Part shown: positions 1 to 15,589 of the stretch, piece after piece
Position numbering within the stretch: the stretch's first letter is position 1
How the letters are laid out: every line of letters starts with the position of its first letter
DNA from: Callorhinchus milii
Taxonomy: Eukaryota
DNA: 64,000 nucleotides
Reading direction: 5' to 3'
NCBI RefSeq assembly: GCF_018977255.1
Contig: NW_024704801.1
Coordinates: forward strand, 62,001 to 126,000
Position numbers and translations under genes: made by a program
Notes under the pieces: model-generated
Database searches by the model: none
Told to the model about the DNA's origin: nothing
The model's input: the letters and a program-made list of their open reading frames with translations, nothing else

Positions 1-445
1 CCGTCCCCACTGGCTTCCCATCACACAGTTCAAGATCCTGGTCCTCACCTTCAAAGCCCTCCATGTTCTTGTTCCCCCCGACCTCTGCCACCTCCTAAAC
101 CCCTACCATCCTGCCCGTACCCTCCGCTCAGCGGGCTCCGCCTGCTTCACATCCCCACCTGCTCACCCCACCATTGGCGAGCAAGTCTTCCACCACTCTG
201 CCACCACCCTCTGGAACTCCAACCCACAGTCCCTCCACCTCGCCCCCTCCCTCACCCTCTCCACCGCCTCCTTCAAGACCCGACTCAAGACCCTCCTCTT
301 TGACCATGTCCTCTATCACCCTGCTTCCCCCCACCCGCCACCTTCCACCCTCCCCGACCCCGATCCTGACCCCCAGCTCGGGTCCGAAACAATGATTCTC
401 CAGCGCCTTGGGACGTCCTCCCAACGTGAAAAGCCCTTTACATGT
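1..445 (+). mobile_element. LINE (L2/CR1 clade) 3' fragment
   Basis: Degenerate HWLP..FKILVLTFKALH-type ORF2 tail followed by gcgccttgggacgtcc...gtgaaaagc and a (gtt)n tail; similar fragments near 35020-35400 and 57860-58155. Confidence 0.7.
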
Positions 446-469
446 CATTTTGTTGTTGTTGTTGTTTTC

Positions 470-750
470 CTGTCAGCGCTGTGGGAGATCTTTACTATCC
501 ACCCTGACCAGGGGCAGACCGGGAGAGAGTGAGGTTTAATGTCTCATCCAAAGGACAGTGTTTCCGACGATGCAGCTTTCTCTCTCTCTCCCCCCAGGGC
601 TCTCTCTCTCGCTCTCCCCCCCCGGGTTTTCTCTCTCTCTCCCCCCAATGCTGCCCTGGAGAGTCAGCCTGGACTGTGAGCTCAGAATCCCTGCCATGTG
701 TGAGGGGCTCGAACGCACAACCTCCTGACTCGGAGGTGAGAGACTGAGAC
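470..750 (-). mobile_element. Deu-domain-type tRNA-derived SINE (representative copy)
   Basis: Recurrent motifs gggagatctttaacgtcc..., gaggtttaacgtctcatcc, cagcctggactgtgagctcag and cccacaacctcctgactc. Other copies near 7750-8140, 17290-17545, 28950-29255, 38290-38630, 39840-40280, 52920-53200 and 56030-56460. Family assignment from recalled Deu-SINE consensus. Confidence 0.7.
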
Positions 751-1464
751 AGACTGGTACATAAAGTCAGGAGATGAATTAAGAATCTGGTTTAATTTAT
801 TAACGAAAGGTTGGATCTGGTTTTTCATTAAAACACAAGATGGTCCGGCTGGGGTTTGGGGGCTGCGGTTGGGCCAGGAGAGGCTGGTAAAACATTAATA
901 AGATTCTTGCTTTGTCTCAGAGAGCTGGAGCGAGAAACAGAGAGACAGAGAGACATAGAGAAATACACACATAGGCACAGAGAGAGAGTGATAATAATAA
1001 ATCTTGCATTTGATACAGCACCTTATCACGTCAGTGAGACATCTCAGAGGATATACTGTCAAGTGTAGTGACTGTATGTTTTGTGGGGAATGCAGCAGCC
1101 TATTTGCGCATAATGGCGTCCCACAAACAGCCACCAAGTGAATTACTTATTTGAAGCCAGGATAGAGAAGCTCCCTTCTCTTTTTGAATAATGCCCCTGG
1201 ATCTTTAATATTCGCCTGGACAGACGGGGTTTAATATTTCAACCAACGCCGGTTCCTCCGACAAAGCAGCCCCCGCCCCCCCCCCCCCACCCCCAGCATT
1301 GCGCTGCAGAGTTGGTATAGACTCGATCAGCTCCAAGCCCTGACTTGAAGCTACAACTTTCTGACTCAGAGTTAAGAGGCCTGGCAACGGAGCCAGGCTA
1401 ACACAGGTAAAGATAGAGAGAAATAAAGAGAAAGAGAGGAACATTTAGAGAGAGAATTTTTTCT

Positions 1465-4451
<2,987 letters not shown>

Positions 4452-5689
4452 TGCCACCGAAGGCAACATGTGAAAGGTCACCAGGACCTCAGCCCAACAA
4501 CATCTGGTTTATGTCACAATAGCCGTGACCCCGTCCCCCACACATTCCATGGGTCCATACCACACACTAAACCCCGTCCCCCCATCTCCCCAGCCCCCAC
4601 CAGCCTTCACTGGCTCCCCATCACCCCCACTAAACCCCATACCCCATCACCCCAGCCCCCACCAGCCTCCACTGGCTCCCCATCACCCCCACTAAACACC
4701 GTCCCCCCATTACCTCAGCCCCACTAGGACCACATTACCTGTTAGGGCTACACTTTAAACAAACCCTGTGAAATGTTAGAGATGTTTTGACAGGATAAAG
4801 TTACAAAGGCAAATGGCAGGATTATTATTATAAATCACTGTCATAGGTATTAATACAATAATAATCCTTGTATTTGATACACGTCAGGAGGACATCTCGA
4901 AAGCGCTGTTGGGGGAATGTTGGCCAGGACGCTGAGAGAGAGAGAAACTACCTTCTTTTTTCCCCAATAGTGCTGTGGGAGATCTTTAACGTCCGCCTGA
5001 ACAGGCAGAAGGGACCCCGGCGTCTCCAACAACACTACGCACCCCAGCCCTGCATTATACTGTCAGCTTAGACTGTGATTCCACATCTGTCTGTCTGGCT
5101 AAATGTCTGTCCGTGTCTGTCTGGCTATATGTCTGTCTGTCTAACCGATGGTCAGAATGACCTCAGTTTAGTTACACAAGGGATCCTTTTCTCTCTCTGT
5201 AAAATGAATCTGTCCAGTTTAGCACAGACACAGTCACACACACACACTGACTAAATACACAGTCACACACACACACTGATTAAATACACAGTGTCACACA
5301 CACACTGATTAAATACACAGTCACACACACACTGACTAAATACACAGTCACACACACACATTGACTAAATACACAGTCACACACACACACACACACTGAC
5401 TAAATACACAGTCACACACACACTGGCTAAACACAGTCACACACACACTGAGCTCTGTAACACAGTCACACACACACTGGCTAAACACAGTCTCACACAC
5501 AAATAAACACACACTGGCTGAACACAGTCACACACGCACTGATTACCCCAGGCCGGGGGAGTTGACAGTGGGAACCTGAGGAAGCCTCACAGTGAATGGC
5601 AGTCCCAGCTCCGAGTGTGTGTATGAATAGCCAGACTGGGAATGTCCAGATTCCTGTCCCTCTCCTGTTGGAGTTGGGATGCGGAGACA

Positions 5690-5714
5690 GTTGCTAGGCA
5701 ACAGAGCCACGTCA
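5690..5714. promoter_or_regulatory. RFX X-box plus CRE-like site between the divergent protease and LRRC55 genes
   Basis: GTTGCTAGGCAAC at 5690-5702; TGACGTG on the minus strand at 5708-5714; candidate minus-strand donor GG|GTAATC at 5547/5546. Confidence 0.45.
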
Positions 5715-6481
5715 CTGGATCTTCTTGGCCCTGCGGAGAGAAAGGAACAGTTTAGTTTAGTCCACAAATCTCTGGTCTCTTCTCTCTCCCGCCTTTCCTG
5801 CCTTTTCCCTCCTTTCACCGCATCTGCAGGAGACAACGATCATCTCCAGGGAACAGTGGAGCCTGGATTCGGGAGGAAGCCAGACAGGTACAGGGGCAGG
5901 AGGGGAATCACAGCCACTGGAAGCACCGAGACACCGGGATAGGTTTTTATTAAGGGAAGAAAATCTGCCTCTTATTTCAGTTTCAGCCAAACATTCCCCG
6001 ATCTCCTGCGAGGGTCAAGTCCCTCGGCCCCTTAAATATGTAAGACACCGTCCGGCGTGGAGGGCACTATATAAATCCAAGTTGTTGTTGTTGTTATTAA
6101 TCATTATCACGAGGTGAGTTTTTTTGGGGAATAAACAAGAATTGTCAATCGTAACTGCTGATTTCCGTTTGACGTGTATTTATTTTTACATTAAAAAAAC
6201 ATTAAAAGGACATTTCCTTGTGCCCCGCTGATGTTTGTTGAGTCTCTTTCTCTCTTTCTCTCCTCTCGACAGAACCCGCCCCAGCCGGGGAGTAAAGAAC
6301 AACAACAACAACTTGTACTAATATCAGTGCTTTTCTCGCGGGTTCGTGCCCCCCGGTGCCCGAAAGACACCCAAACTGGGGGAATCCGTGGCCTGTGTCG
6401 GTCAGCCGGGAGAGAGAGAGAGAGAGAGAGAGAGGGAGCGAGTGTCCAAGCCGAGTCCCGAGCCGGGTCTGGGTGGCTGCC

Positions 6482-8419
6482 ATGTATTGGCTGCTTCTCC
6501 TGCTGTTGGGCTTCAGGCTGGGCCGGGGTTGCCCAGCTTCCTGCTCGTGTCTGGGGCAGTGGGTGGACTGTAGCTCCAGGGGTTTGCTGACAGCCCCCAC
6601 CGACATCCCCGGGGATGTCAGGAACCTGAGTCTGGCTCACAACACAGTGACTGTCCTGCCTCTCGGTTACTTCAGCTGCTACCGGGAGCTCCTGGTGCTG
6701 AGCCTGAGGAACAACTCCATCACCGACCTCCCACTCGGACTCTTCTTTCCTCTCAAGAAACTCACCGTCTTGGACCTGAGTTACAACAACCTGACACAGG
6801 TGACATCTGGGCTGTTGCAGCCGGTGGAGAAACTCTCTCGCCTGGTCCTGAGCCATAACCCCGGCCTGTCAGTCATCAGCTCCCAGGCCCTGTCCGGCTT
6901 GACCCAGCTCCAGCACCTGGACCTCAGCTACAATGGCCTGACCTCCCTGGACCTGGAGACAGTAAAGAAGCTCCCGGCCCTGATCTCGCTCCAGCTCGCG
7001 GGCAACCCCTGGCTTTGTGGCTGCAACATGGAACCGCTCCTGAAGTGGCTTCTCACCAACCCGCACAACTGTAACTCCGGTAAGAAAAGTTACTTATGGT
7101 TCTCGTCCTTCGGTGGGAGACGTTAAAACCGCACTCACAGCTGTCGGGAGGGAAGAGAAGGGACTTTCTGTTTCTCTCTCTCCCCTGATGTGCTGTTCCC
7201 CAAATACAATCACTCATCAGCATCATGGCTGATTGCGGGAATGTTGCCCCCAAAGCACAATCTGGGCTCCCCCCTCCCCCTCACCAATCTGCGCCTCATA
7301 CTCTCTGGAATTGGGTGCCCCTCCAGGGGGAGAGAGAGAGAGAACATTCCATTCCAATAAACATCTTGGGAATTTCCATGTGTAGGTGGGAACCTGCTTC
7401 TCTCTCTTTCTCTCTGTGTTTCTGCCTTAATGTAATACAATCCCCCTCAGACCAGGACACATAACTAATCAGATTGTCACAGAGCACCTGCTCCCCCGCC
7501 TGCCTCTACCTTTATGATTGTAAAGATAATATATACGCACATAAATCCTACCTCGCGGACCGCACTTACACTCCCCTCCCCCTCTCTCTCCCCCTCCATA
7601 TCTCCTACGTGAAGGGCACTGTGTAAACACAAGTTGTTGTTATATTAATCGTTAGATTTGATAGTGCCTTTCACATTGGGAGGACGCCTCATAGCGCTTC
7701 ACAGGATCTACGGTAAAGTGTAGTGACTGTGTGTTTTGTGGGCGAACGAGACAGCCGATTCACACACAGAAACGTCCCCACAAACAGCCGTAAAGTGACT
7801 GAATGATTTTATTTGGGGGATTGTCAGCTAGAACTCCCGTCTCTTATTGAACAGAAACTTTCACATCCACCCGACTGACCAGGGCAGAGACGGGGTTGGA
7901 GGTTCAATGTCTTGAAGGATGGCATCTCGGACAATGCGTCTCTCTCTCCCCCAGCGCTCTCTCTCTCTCTCTCCCCCCAGCACTCTCTCTCTCCAGCATT
8001 CTCTCTCTCCCCAGCGCTGCACTGGAGCATCAGCCTGGACTGTGAGCTCAGAGTCCCTGTGTGTGGTGGGGGTGGGGGGTGGGGGGTGGGGTTGGGGCTC
8101 GAATCCACATCCTCCCGACTCGGAGGACAGAGAGCAAACGGCTGCACCACAGGCTAACACCCAGAGCTTTGTTATCGTTACAGATTCCGGGGAGCTGGAA
8201 TGTTCCGGGCCGAATGAAATCAAGGGAATCCGTTTTTTCTCACTGACAGACGAGAGTTTCCGCGCCTGTCGTCTGTCGCTGACGACGGACGATTATCTGT
8301 TCATCGTGTTTGTCGGCTTCGTAGTCTCGATCGCCTCCGTCGCAACCAACTTCCTCCTGGGGATAACAGCCAATTACTGTCACCGCTGGAGCAAGGCCAG
8401 CGAAGACGAGGAGATGTAA
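6482..8419 (+). CDS. LRRC55: Leucine-rich repeat protein 55 (BK channel gamma-3 subunit), 277 aa
   Basis: Exon 6482-7079 (signal peptide, [12 protein letters not shown], LRRs, [13 protein letters not shown]) spliced G|GTAAG to exon 8184-8419 ending [46 protein letters not shown], which closely matches the recalled LRRC55 TM/C-terminus. Candidate AATAAA at 11155-11160. Confidence 0.93.
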
Positions 8420-9664
8420 ATCTTCACGGCCGATGTGAAGATCACTTCCACACTGGAGTGTGTACCCTGAGTCCTGACACTTGCCTTGAGGTGGACACGG
8501 AGGCTCGGGCTGTAACACGCACATCCAGAACCTTCAGTAGCCAGCGGATGGGCGAACGACGGTGGGAAGTTTACAACCGGGCGTCCGCAAGCCGGACAAG
8601 GATCTTTAACACTTTATAAATGTTGCAGCGAAGGAAGACGGGCCTTTATTAGTGAGGACGTCAGCCAGATACACAAGGGGAGGGGAGGCGCTAAGGGTTT
8701 GTGTTAATCCCATAGCCGGTGGAGAGTGGGTGACCAGGAGGTTCGATTTGTCTCCTTCAGTCCTGACTGAAGACAAGGTGTGAAGACGTGGACATGGACT
8801 GTGACTTGGAAACATTGGACATCATTGGGGGGGGAGTGAAAGGTCTACCACTGGGGGTCAATGGTCTATTATTGGGGTGAAGGCCTATCACTAAAGATGT
8901 GAGACCATCAGCTGATTTTGTTGAGGAAAACTTTACAAACAGCCCAACTATTTATCGTTTCCACAACTGTTAATGGCTGGTGAGGACGGACTCCCATTGG
9001 ACCCGCCCAGGGGCTGATGGACAGATTGTTGGTGCAATGGGAGCTTGGGGAGGATTGATGGACAGTCCGATGGGAGTGGGTCCTCACTGCAGCTACTTTA
9101 TCAAAGGTTTGGCCAAAAATGTTTTATTTTACAGCTTTTTTTTGCTCACAACAAGTCACAATATCAACTCACAAATGGCAGAATCTGTGTTTCAGTGCTT
9201 GTTGTTTGGTGGCAGAGCTCGTCGGTGAGAAACACACCCAGACACATCCTTCATGAACAATCTGTGGCCAAATCTAACCCTCTCTGTTCCAGTGACACTT
9301 CATAGCTTAAAGGTTGACGACTCCACGGGTGGGTAATGAGGTGTGGAGGCCGACTTGAGTTGGGCGGCTGACATTTGATGATCACTAATTAGCGGCCTGG
9401 CTCCTGCATGGCACCCGGACAGCTTGGCCTTTATCCTGAACCCTCACCCCCCCACCCCCACACCCCACAGCGTAACCCATAGTTTACTCACAAACTGATT
9501 CCTCTGAGCCGGAAAACGCTGCCTGGTTTGATGATTTGATGTTTGAACACAGTGGGTTCCCTGGTCAGGGGCCTCCAATCTGACCTTCCATTTCCAATCA
9601 GCAGCTCTGCTCCGAGGAGACCTCACTTCTCACCCTGCCACCCCCTCTTGCAGCAGAACAGTGA

Positions 9665-9980
9665 GTCCTGTAGCTCAGTGTGGAGTCCCACAGTGTAGTG
9701 GTTAGAGCACTCATCTCGCAAGTGAGAGGACCTGGGTTCGATTCCTTGTGGGGGTAAAACACTGCACAAATTTCCTCACTCCACACACTCTGTTTATCAG
9801 CAGTAAAGTAGGAACCCCTTTGTTAGCCGATTGGCGAATCGCTTTTCTGGGGGTAATAATCCCTCCAAAAAAATCTGGTCACTCAATCAGTCACTACACT
9901 TTACAGTATGTTCCTTGAAGCGCTCTGAGATGTCTTTGAGACGTGATACAGTGCTATATCAAATGTAAAGATTATTATTG
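9665..9980 (+). mobile_element. tRNA-headed SINE with L2-like 3' tail (representative copy)
   Basis: Head tagctcagtg..ggttagagcac..cgcaag..gggttcgattcc (A and B boxes), body cagtcactacactttacag..gaagcgct..gagacgtc, (att)n tail. Other copies near 12660-13050(-), 22600-23170(-), 28330-28620(-), 31590-31955(-), 33610-33970(-), 45060-45365(+), 50455-50870(+) and 53830-54225(-). Confidence 0.75.
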
Positions 9981-11269
9981 TCATAAGTTGATCATTTGAT
10001 GTGTGACAAGCGCAGGTTGGAGCCTTTACATGATGGACAAGGGACAAGGCTCTGATCAAGTGTCAGGGACCCTGCCCTGCGTGAAGGGCGCTATATAAAT
10101 GCAAGTTGTTGTTGTTAATCTCTCCCCAAACAGAGGAGCAGTCAACAGTACTGAGGCCTCAGATTACGTATAAATTATTAATTGGCCCAAAGTTAGAATC
10201 TCGAGTCCAGTGTTGATCAACAACAACTTGCATTTATATAGCCCCCCCACACGCAGTGTAATGTTCCGGAGGAACCTCAGGGCCAGAGAGGGGAGCAGAG
10301 GAGATTTACTCGGGTGACACCGGGGAGGAGTGGGTTGGTCTCTGAGCGGAGACGGGAAGAACTGGGACCTTTCCGGCTGCAACAAATAAGGTTAAAGGTG
10401 ACCCTGACGGAGAGTTTAAACTGAGGGGTTTTGATTAGTCAATTAGGGAGACATTACTTCACTGGTCGGTAAGTCGGTGACTAGAGAGCAGCAATGTAAG
10501 ATAGTTAGTAAACTAACAAACCGGGAGGTTAGGAGGAATGTTGTCATACTCACAGAGGTTAGGGTAGGGAAGACATACAGAGGTTAGAGTAGGGCATTAG
10601 ATAAATACCTTAAACAGGAGTGAGCGACAGGGGAATGGGGGGAAGGAGCCAGTCCAGACACGAGGGGCTGAATGGCTGCTTCTGTGCTGTAGATTCGTGT
10701 CAGCCTGGTTCAGTCGGTCTGGGAGCAAACACTATATTGTTGGAGATGCTTTCCTTCGGTTGAGACATTAAACCTCACTCCCTTTTCGTGGCCTTTAGCA
10801 GTGCTGTTGGAAAAGAGGAGTTTCTCTCTCTCTCCCGATATCCTGGGCGACAATCCCCCAGATACAATCAGTCACTGACTTCTGGACTGTTTGTGGGACG
10901 TCACTGGGCGCAAATTGGCTGCCGCTTCACCCACAAAACACAGAGCCACTACACTTTACAGTGATTCCTGTGAAGCGCTTTGAGACGTCCTCCCGATGTG
11001 AAAGGCTCTGTGTCAGATGTAAGGACAGTTACATGTAAATCTTTGCTTTTGTCATTGCCATTTTTATTCTGAATGAAGATAAAAACAAGATGTTTGATAT
11101 TTGCTGTGTGATATTGCCTGATGCATTTTGTAACTAGTATTTGATACAACGTGTAATAAATTTTAGTGCCTATTTTGTACGTGTGGATTCTTGATTGCAG
11201 AGAAGACTGTGTGCGATGTCCTCTTGTTTACGGTGTGTTATGTAAGTGAAGGGCTCCAAGACACTGCCC

Positions 11270-11560
11270 CAGTGTGAGGGTCTGGAAGACCGGGTTGTGG
11301 GGGGGAAGGGGAGGTGAGCGATGTTGTGGGGATGATGGAAATCTGGAGTGAGCAAGAGAACAAGACACCGAGGTTCTGCGCCGGCTCTGGGAGGTAGAGT
11401 GAGCATCGCTGTAGATCGATGCTGTCAGCACCCGAGGTGTGGAGTCGTTGATGGGAGCCAAGCAGGAGGACCTCGGTCTTGTCGACATTCAACTGGAGAA
11501 AGTTAGCTTTTGTCCAGGACTTGATATCCAACAGGCAATTTGTCAGAACAGCAGAGGTCC
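11270..11560 (-). mobile_element. L2-clade LINE reverse transcriptase fragment
   Basis: DIKSWTKANFLQLNVDKTEVLLLG followed by NLGVLF-like motif, typical of the end of the L2/CR1 RT domain. Confidence 0.8.
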
Positions 11561-11702
11561 TGGAATCAAGCGTAGAGGCAGAGAGAGAGAGAGACAGAAA
11601 GTTGCGTGTGGAGAGAGGGAGGGAGAGAGAGGTGAGTGTGGAGAGAGAGAGAGTTGAGTGTGAAGAGAGAGCGTTGGGTTTGGAGAAGGTGGGGTGGGGG
11701 GG

Positions 11703-13250
11703 TTATGTAATGGAGACAAAGCAGAAGATGGTGCCATGTGAGGAGAGACTTGCTTAATGCAGTTGGGACATTAAATGGCTTTTGATCAGTGAGATATCAG
11801 TGCCAAACATGTCCACCGAGAGGCAGACGTGATCTTTACCTTGAGGGATCATGTAAGGCATTGACATTATGCTCAGGACCCTGGGGAGTCTGTCCGCCAG
11901 CCAGCTCAACCCTCGCTGCAGTAACTTGTCCACATCCACAGGGGCTGGACTGAGACCCAGCCTTGGATAATCATCCTCCCCGGCAACACAGTGTGGAGCA
12001 CCCTCAGCTCCAGGAAGATTCTCCTGACGTCTGTGGGTTGGAGGGCCTGAGGCTGACAGTAATGGGGTTCACTGGCTCTCAGTGTATCCATTGCTGTTTC
12101 AGGATCTGCTGAAAGTTATTGTAGAATTAATACAAACCTGCCCTGTCCTCGTCCTCCCTCACACCAAACTCCTCATCAGCCCAACCCTCCCTCAGACCAA
12201 ACTCCTCATCAGCCCAACCCTCCCTCAGTGTGTATGTGTGTGTGTGTCAGCCTGGCTGTGTGTGTATATGTGTGTCAGCCTGGCTCAGTGTGTGTGTATA
12301 TGTGTGTCAGCCTGGCTCAGTGTGTGTGTATATGTGTGTCAGCCTGGCTCAGTGTGTGTGTACATGTGTGTGTGTCAGCCTGGCTCAGTGTGTATGTATG
12401 TCTGGCTCAGTGTGTGTGTATATGTGTGTNNNNNNNNNNNNNNNNNNNNNNNNNNNNNNNNNNNNNNNNNNNNNNNNNNNNNNNNNNNNNNNNNNNNNNN
12501 NNNNNNNNNNNNNNNNNNNNNNNNNNNNNNNNNNNNNNNNNNNNNNNNNNNNNNNNNNNNNNNNNNNNNNNNNNNNNGTGTGTAAAATGCATTGCACTGC
12601 ACAGTGATTCAGTGAAATATCGTCACCGTGTGGCCGAGAATTGCACCACAGGTGAGAACATTATAATAATAATAATCCTTGTATTTCATACAGCGCATTC
12701 TCACGTCGTCGAAATAACTCAAAGCGCTTCATAGCATATATTGTAAAGTGTAGTGACTGTGTATTTTGGGGCTGAAAAGCAGCAGCCAATTGCGCACAGC
12801 AACATCACACAAACAGTCGTGGATTGAGTTACCAAATTTTTTTTTTAAAAAAGGGATTATTACCCCAAAAAGCGATCCACCAATTGTCTAACAAGCAGGT
12901 TCCTATTCACAGCTAAGTAAACAGGCGTGTGTGTGTTTGTGTGTGGAGGAAGGAGACTTACCTAAGATTTCCCCCTGACCCGACCGGGAATCGAACCCGG
13001 GTCCTCTTGCTTGTGAGGAGAACACTCTAACCACTGAGCTACAGGACTCCACCATTGAATGGAGGAGGAGATGGAAACTCACCACCTGCCCTTTCCTCTT
13101 GGCCAGGATTACATCGCGGTTAGATTCCTGTAACCAGCTGTAGTATCTGCTGGGCAAGTAATCTAAACTGTAGTAAACATCAGAGGTAACAGCTAAACCT
13201 GCTGGAAATCATCCTACATCGCTCAGGAGTACTCCAGCTCCAGCTCAGAA
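11703..13250 (-). pseudogene. NAT16: NAT16 / histidine N-acetyltransferase-like pseudogene, copy A
   Basis: First coding exon ~13250-13083 reads ELEYS*AM*DDFQQV/LAVTSDVYYSLDYLPSRYYSWLQESNRDVILAKRKGQV|GTGAGT (stops at 13223-13225 and 13214-13216, frameshift ~13196). Last exon ~12143-11703 reads VLPGRMIIQGWVSVQPL/VDVDKLLQRGLSWLADRLPRVLSIMSMPYMIPQGKDHVCLSVDMFGTDISLIKSHLMSQLH*ASLSSHGTIFCFVSIT* (frameshift ~11940, stop 11754-11756). Matches recalled NAT16 motifs; middle exon not visible. Confidence 0.8.
12430..12577. other. Assembly gap (N run)
   Basis: Ns; further gaps at 19043-19215, 32680-32900 and 49002-49130. Confidence 1.
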
Positions 13251-14199
13251 CCCTCCGCCCCACGTCGAATGTTCGAGGAGGGAGATCATAGACGAGTAAC
13301 TACGCCTTCCAGAGGGTAAACACACTATCCTGTCACCCAGCACTGCCCAAGCGTAGTGACTGCATCATGTGTGAGACAAGTTAGGGTCCAATTTGCCACC
13401 GTGATGAGACACTGAGCAATTTTATCTCGGGGATTGTTAGCCAGGACATAAAATACATTTTATTTTGGGTCAATGGAAACCCGTCACGTGACCAGCCGGG
13501 TGTCTGACCCACATGGAAACCCATCATCGTGACACAAACAGAGGGCTGTGGCTCGATTCTAACATTCCATTGCTAACACGTCACCTTGGGACCAGCTCAA
13601 ATCTGAGAAGATCCCCCTTACCCCCACTCCCCCTCCCCCCTAGAGGAACAAGAGCATAGCCACACAGAAACAGAAATAAAAATAGATTAAAATATTACAA
13701 ACCGTCTGCAAAGCTGAAAGGACAGTTTGTCAAATCTGCAGCTCCACAGCCTGTCCTACTGCCCCTGAACACTGCCCCTCTCTCACGTGCCTTGGTTCCT
13801 GGCCAGATTTACACCATTTGCTAAGAACTCATTTCCTTGTGATCATCAGAAATGGCTAATAACTGATTGGGTCTGTCAGCCAGGCCATTGAGAGAGAGAG
13901 TGAGCGAGCGAGAGAAACTCCTATTTCTTTTCCTGGCAGCATCTTGGGAAATCTTTAACACCCGCCTGAACGGGGCACAGTGTATGTGTGTGTGGGGAGG
14001 AGGAGGGTGGGGGGGCAGCAGCTCACTTGGTTAGGAGAGAGAGAGAGAGAAATCAGTCCCAGTGTAATCAAAGACAGACAGAAATCCAAGCCAGTTTCCT
14101 GTCTCACCAAAGAGAATGTAATAAAGATTTCAGTATAAAAGGCCATGTGGTAAAGCTGAACTCTAACCTGGTTTTCACTCTCAGTCAGTAAAGCAGTCG

Positions 14200-15021
14200 G
14201 TGAGATGTGAGGACGGAGACACAGGGTTCTGTGAGGCTGACGATAACCAGGTAATGACAATCTTGGACGGTGTGTATGATGGGAATGAAATACCTGCTGA
14301 CCAGGTATCACCTCTGGCTCCAGGAACACAACCGTCTGGTGTTGCTCCTCAAGAGGAGCAGGCGGGTGGTGAGTGTCAATGTTTGGTGGCGGGGTGGGGG
14401 CAATAGGAGGTACCCCCCCCACAAACACACACACACAAACACACATACAAATGTACGAGAGAGAGAGAGAGTGTTGGTTGTCATCAGAGACACTGTCCTT
14501 GGAAACCCGTCACCATGACCAAGCCGGGTGTCTGACACACAGGAAAATCTATCACTGTGAGAGTCTCCGAAACAAGACGAGAATTCCTGGCCTCCCGCCT
14601 GTACATGGAAATCCCAGAGAGAGATTGTTAGAATGGAACGCGCGCTCTCTCTCTCTCTCTTTCCCTGGAGGAACACATCTTACTTACCTAATTCCGGAGA
14701 GTTTTTAGGCACAGGTTGGTGAGAGCCAAGGCTTGTGGGGGCAGCCCAGAGTGTGATTAACCATTGCTCGTTCCACTCTCTCTCTCTCTCTCTCCGTCTC
14801 TCTGTAGTTCGCCCTGGAGTTAGTGATTGTGATTGATGGGGAGCAGACGGTCTTGTTATAGGGGTTTGTGGGCGGCCGAGTGTAAGAGAGGCCGAGAGAT
14901 CGCGGGGAGACTCTGTACAGCTCCTCAAATCCAAGCAGCCAAACCTCAAAGCCGTCCAGCTGACCTGAGCCGACCAGCTCAAGCCAAACCACTCTCCCCG
15001 TTCACATTGCTCACTATCCAG
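14200..15021 (+). pseudogene. NAT16: NAT16 / histidine N-acetyltransferase-like pseudogene, copy B
   Basis: Exon ~14200-14368 reads GFCEADDNQVMTILDGVYDG/MKYLLTRYHLWLQEHNRLVLLLKRSRRV|GTGAGT (frameshift ~14284). Exon 14808-15021 reads FALELVIVIDGEQTVLL*G/LWAAECKRGREIAGRL/LLKSKQPNLKAVQLT*ADQL/PFTLLTIQ|GT (stops 14859-14861 and 14966-14968), matching the GNAT acetyl-CoA-binding exon of NAT16. Last exon not visible. Confidence 0.8.
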
Positions 15022-15589
15022 GTATTGGCTTCTGACAGCGTTCCTCAATCCCCAGCCCCACCCCCCCACCCCGGCCCAGCACCCAGTCCACCCCCCAACT
15101 CCCCCAGCCCGAAAACCCTCGAGGGGGAAGGTGGCCGTAAGCACGATCGAAGAGGGAAGATCTCAGGTGGAACTTGAAAGAGGGGAGAGAAACCTGGAGA
15201 GGAATGTCTGTCGTACTTCACCTCACCACAGAGCAGCAGCATTGCACTGCGCAGTGACTCAGTGAACACTGTTTGGCTGACACGCACACACACACGCACA
15301 CACACATGCACACGGAAACACATCACGGTGATCAGCCGGGTGTCTGACACACACACGCGCACACGGAAACATGTCACGGTGCTTAAGTGTCTCCAAACCA
15401 GACTGAAAACTAAGTACCGATAATTATTAGGAATAAAAATAATAAATAATAATCATATAATGTAAATATATATAATAAATTAATAATCCTCGCGTTTGGC
15501 ACAGCACCTTTCATGTCAAAAGGATATCTCAAAGCCCTCCCCTCCGTTTCTTTTAACAACTAACTTCCTATTTAAGAGAGTTGTTAAAA

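Noticed and set aside
9668-9745. tRNA-like sequences with A and B boxes (also ~12985-13045, 45068-45120, 54165-54222)
   Set aside because: No complete acceptor stem; each is fused to the same SINE body, so they are SINE heads, not tRNA genes.
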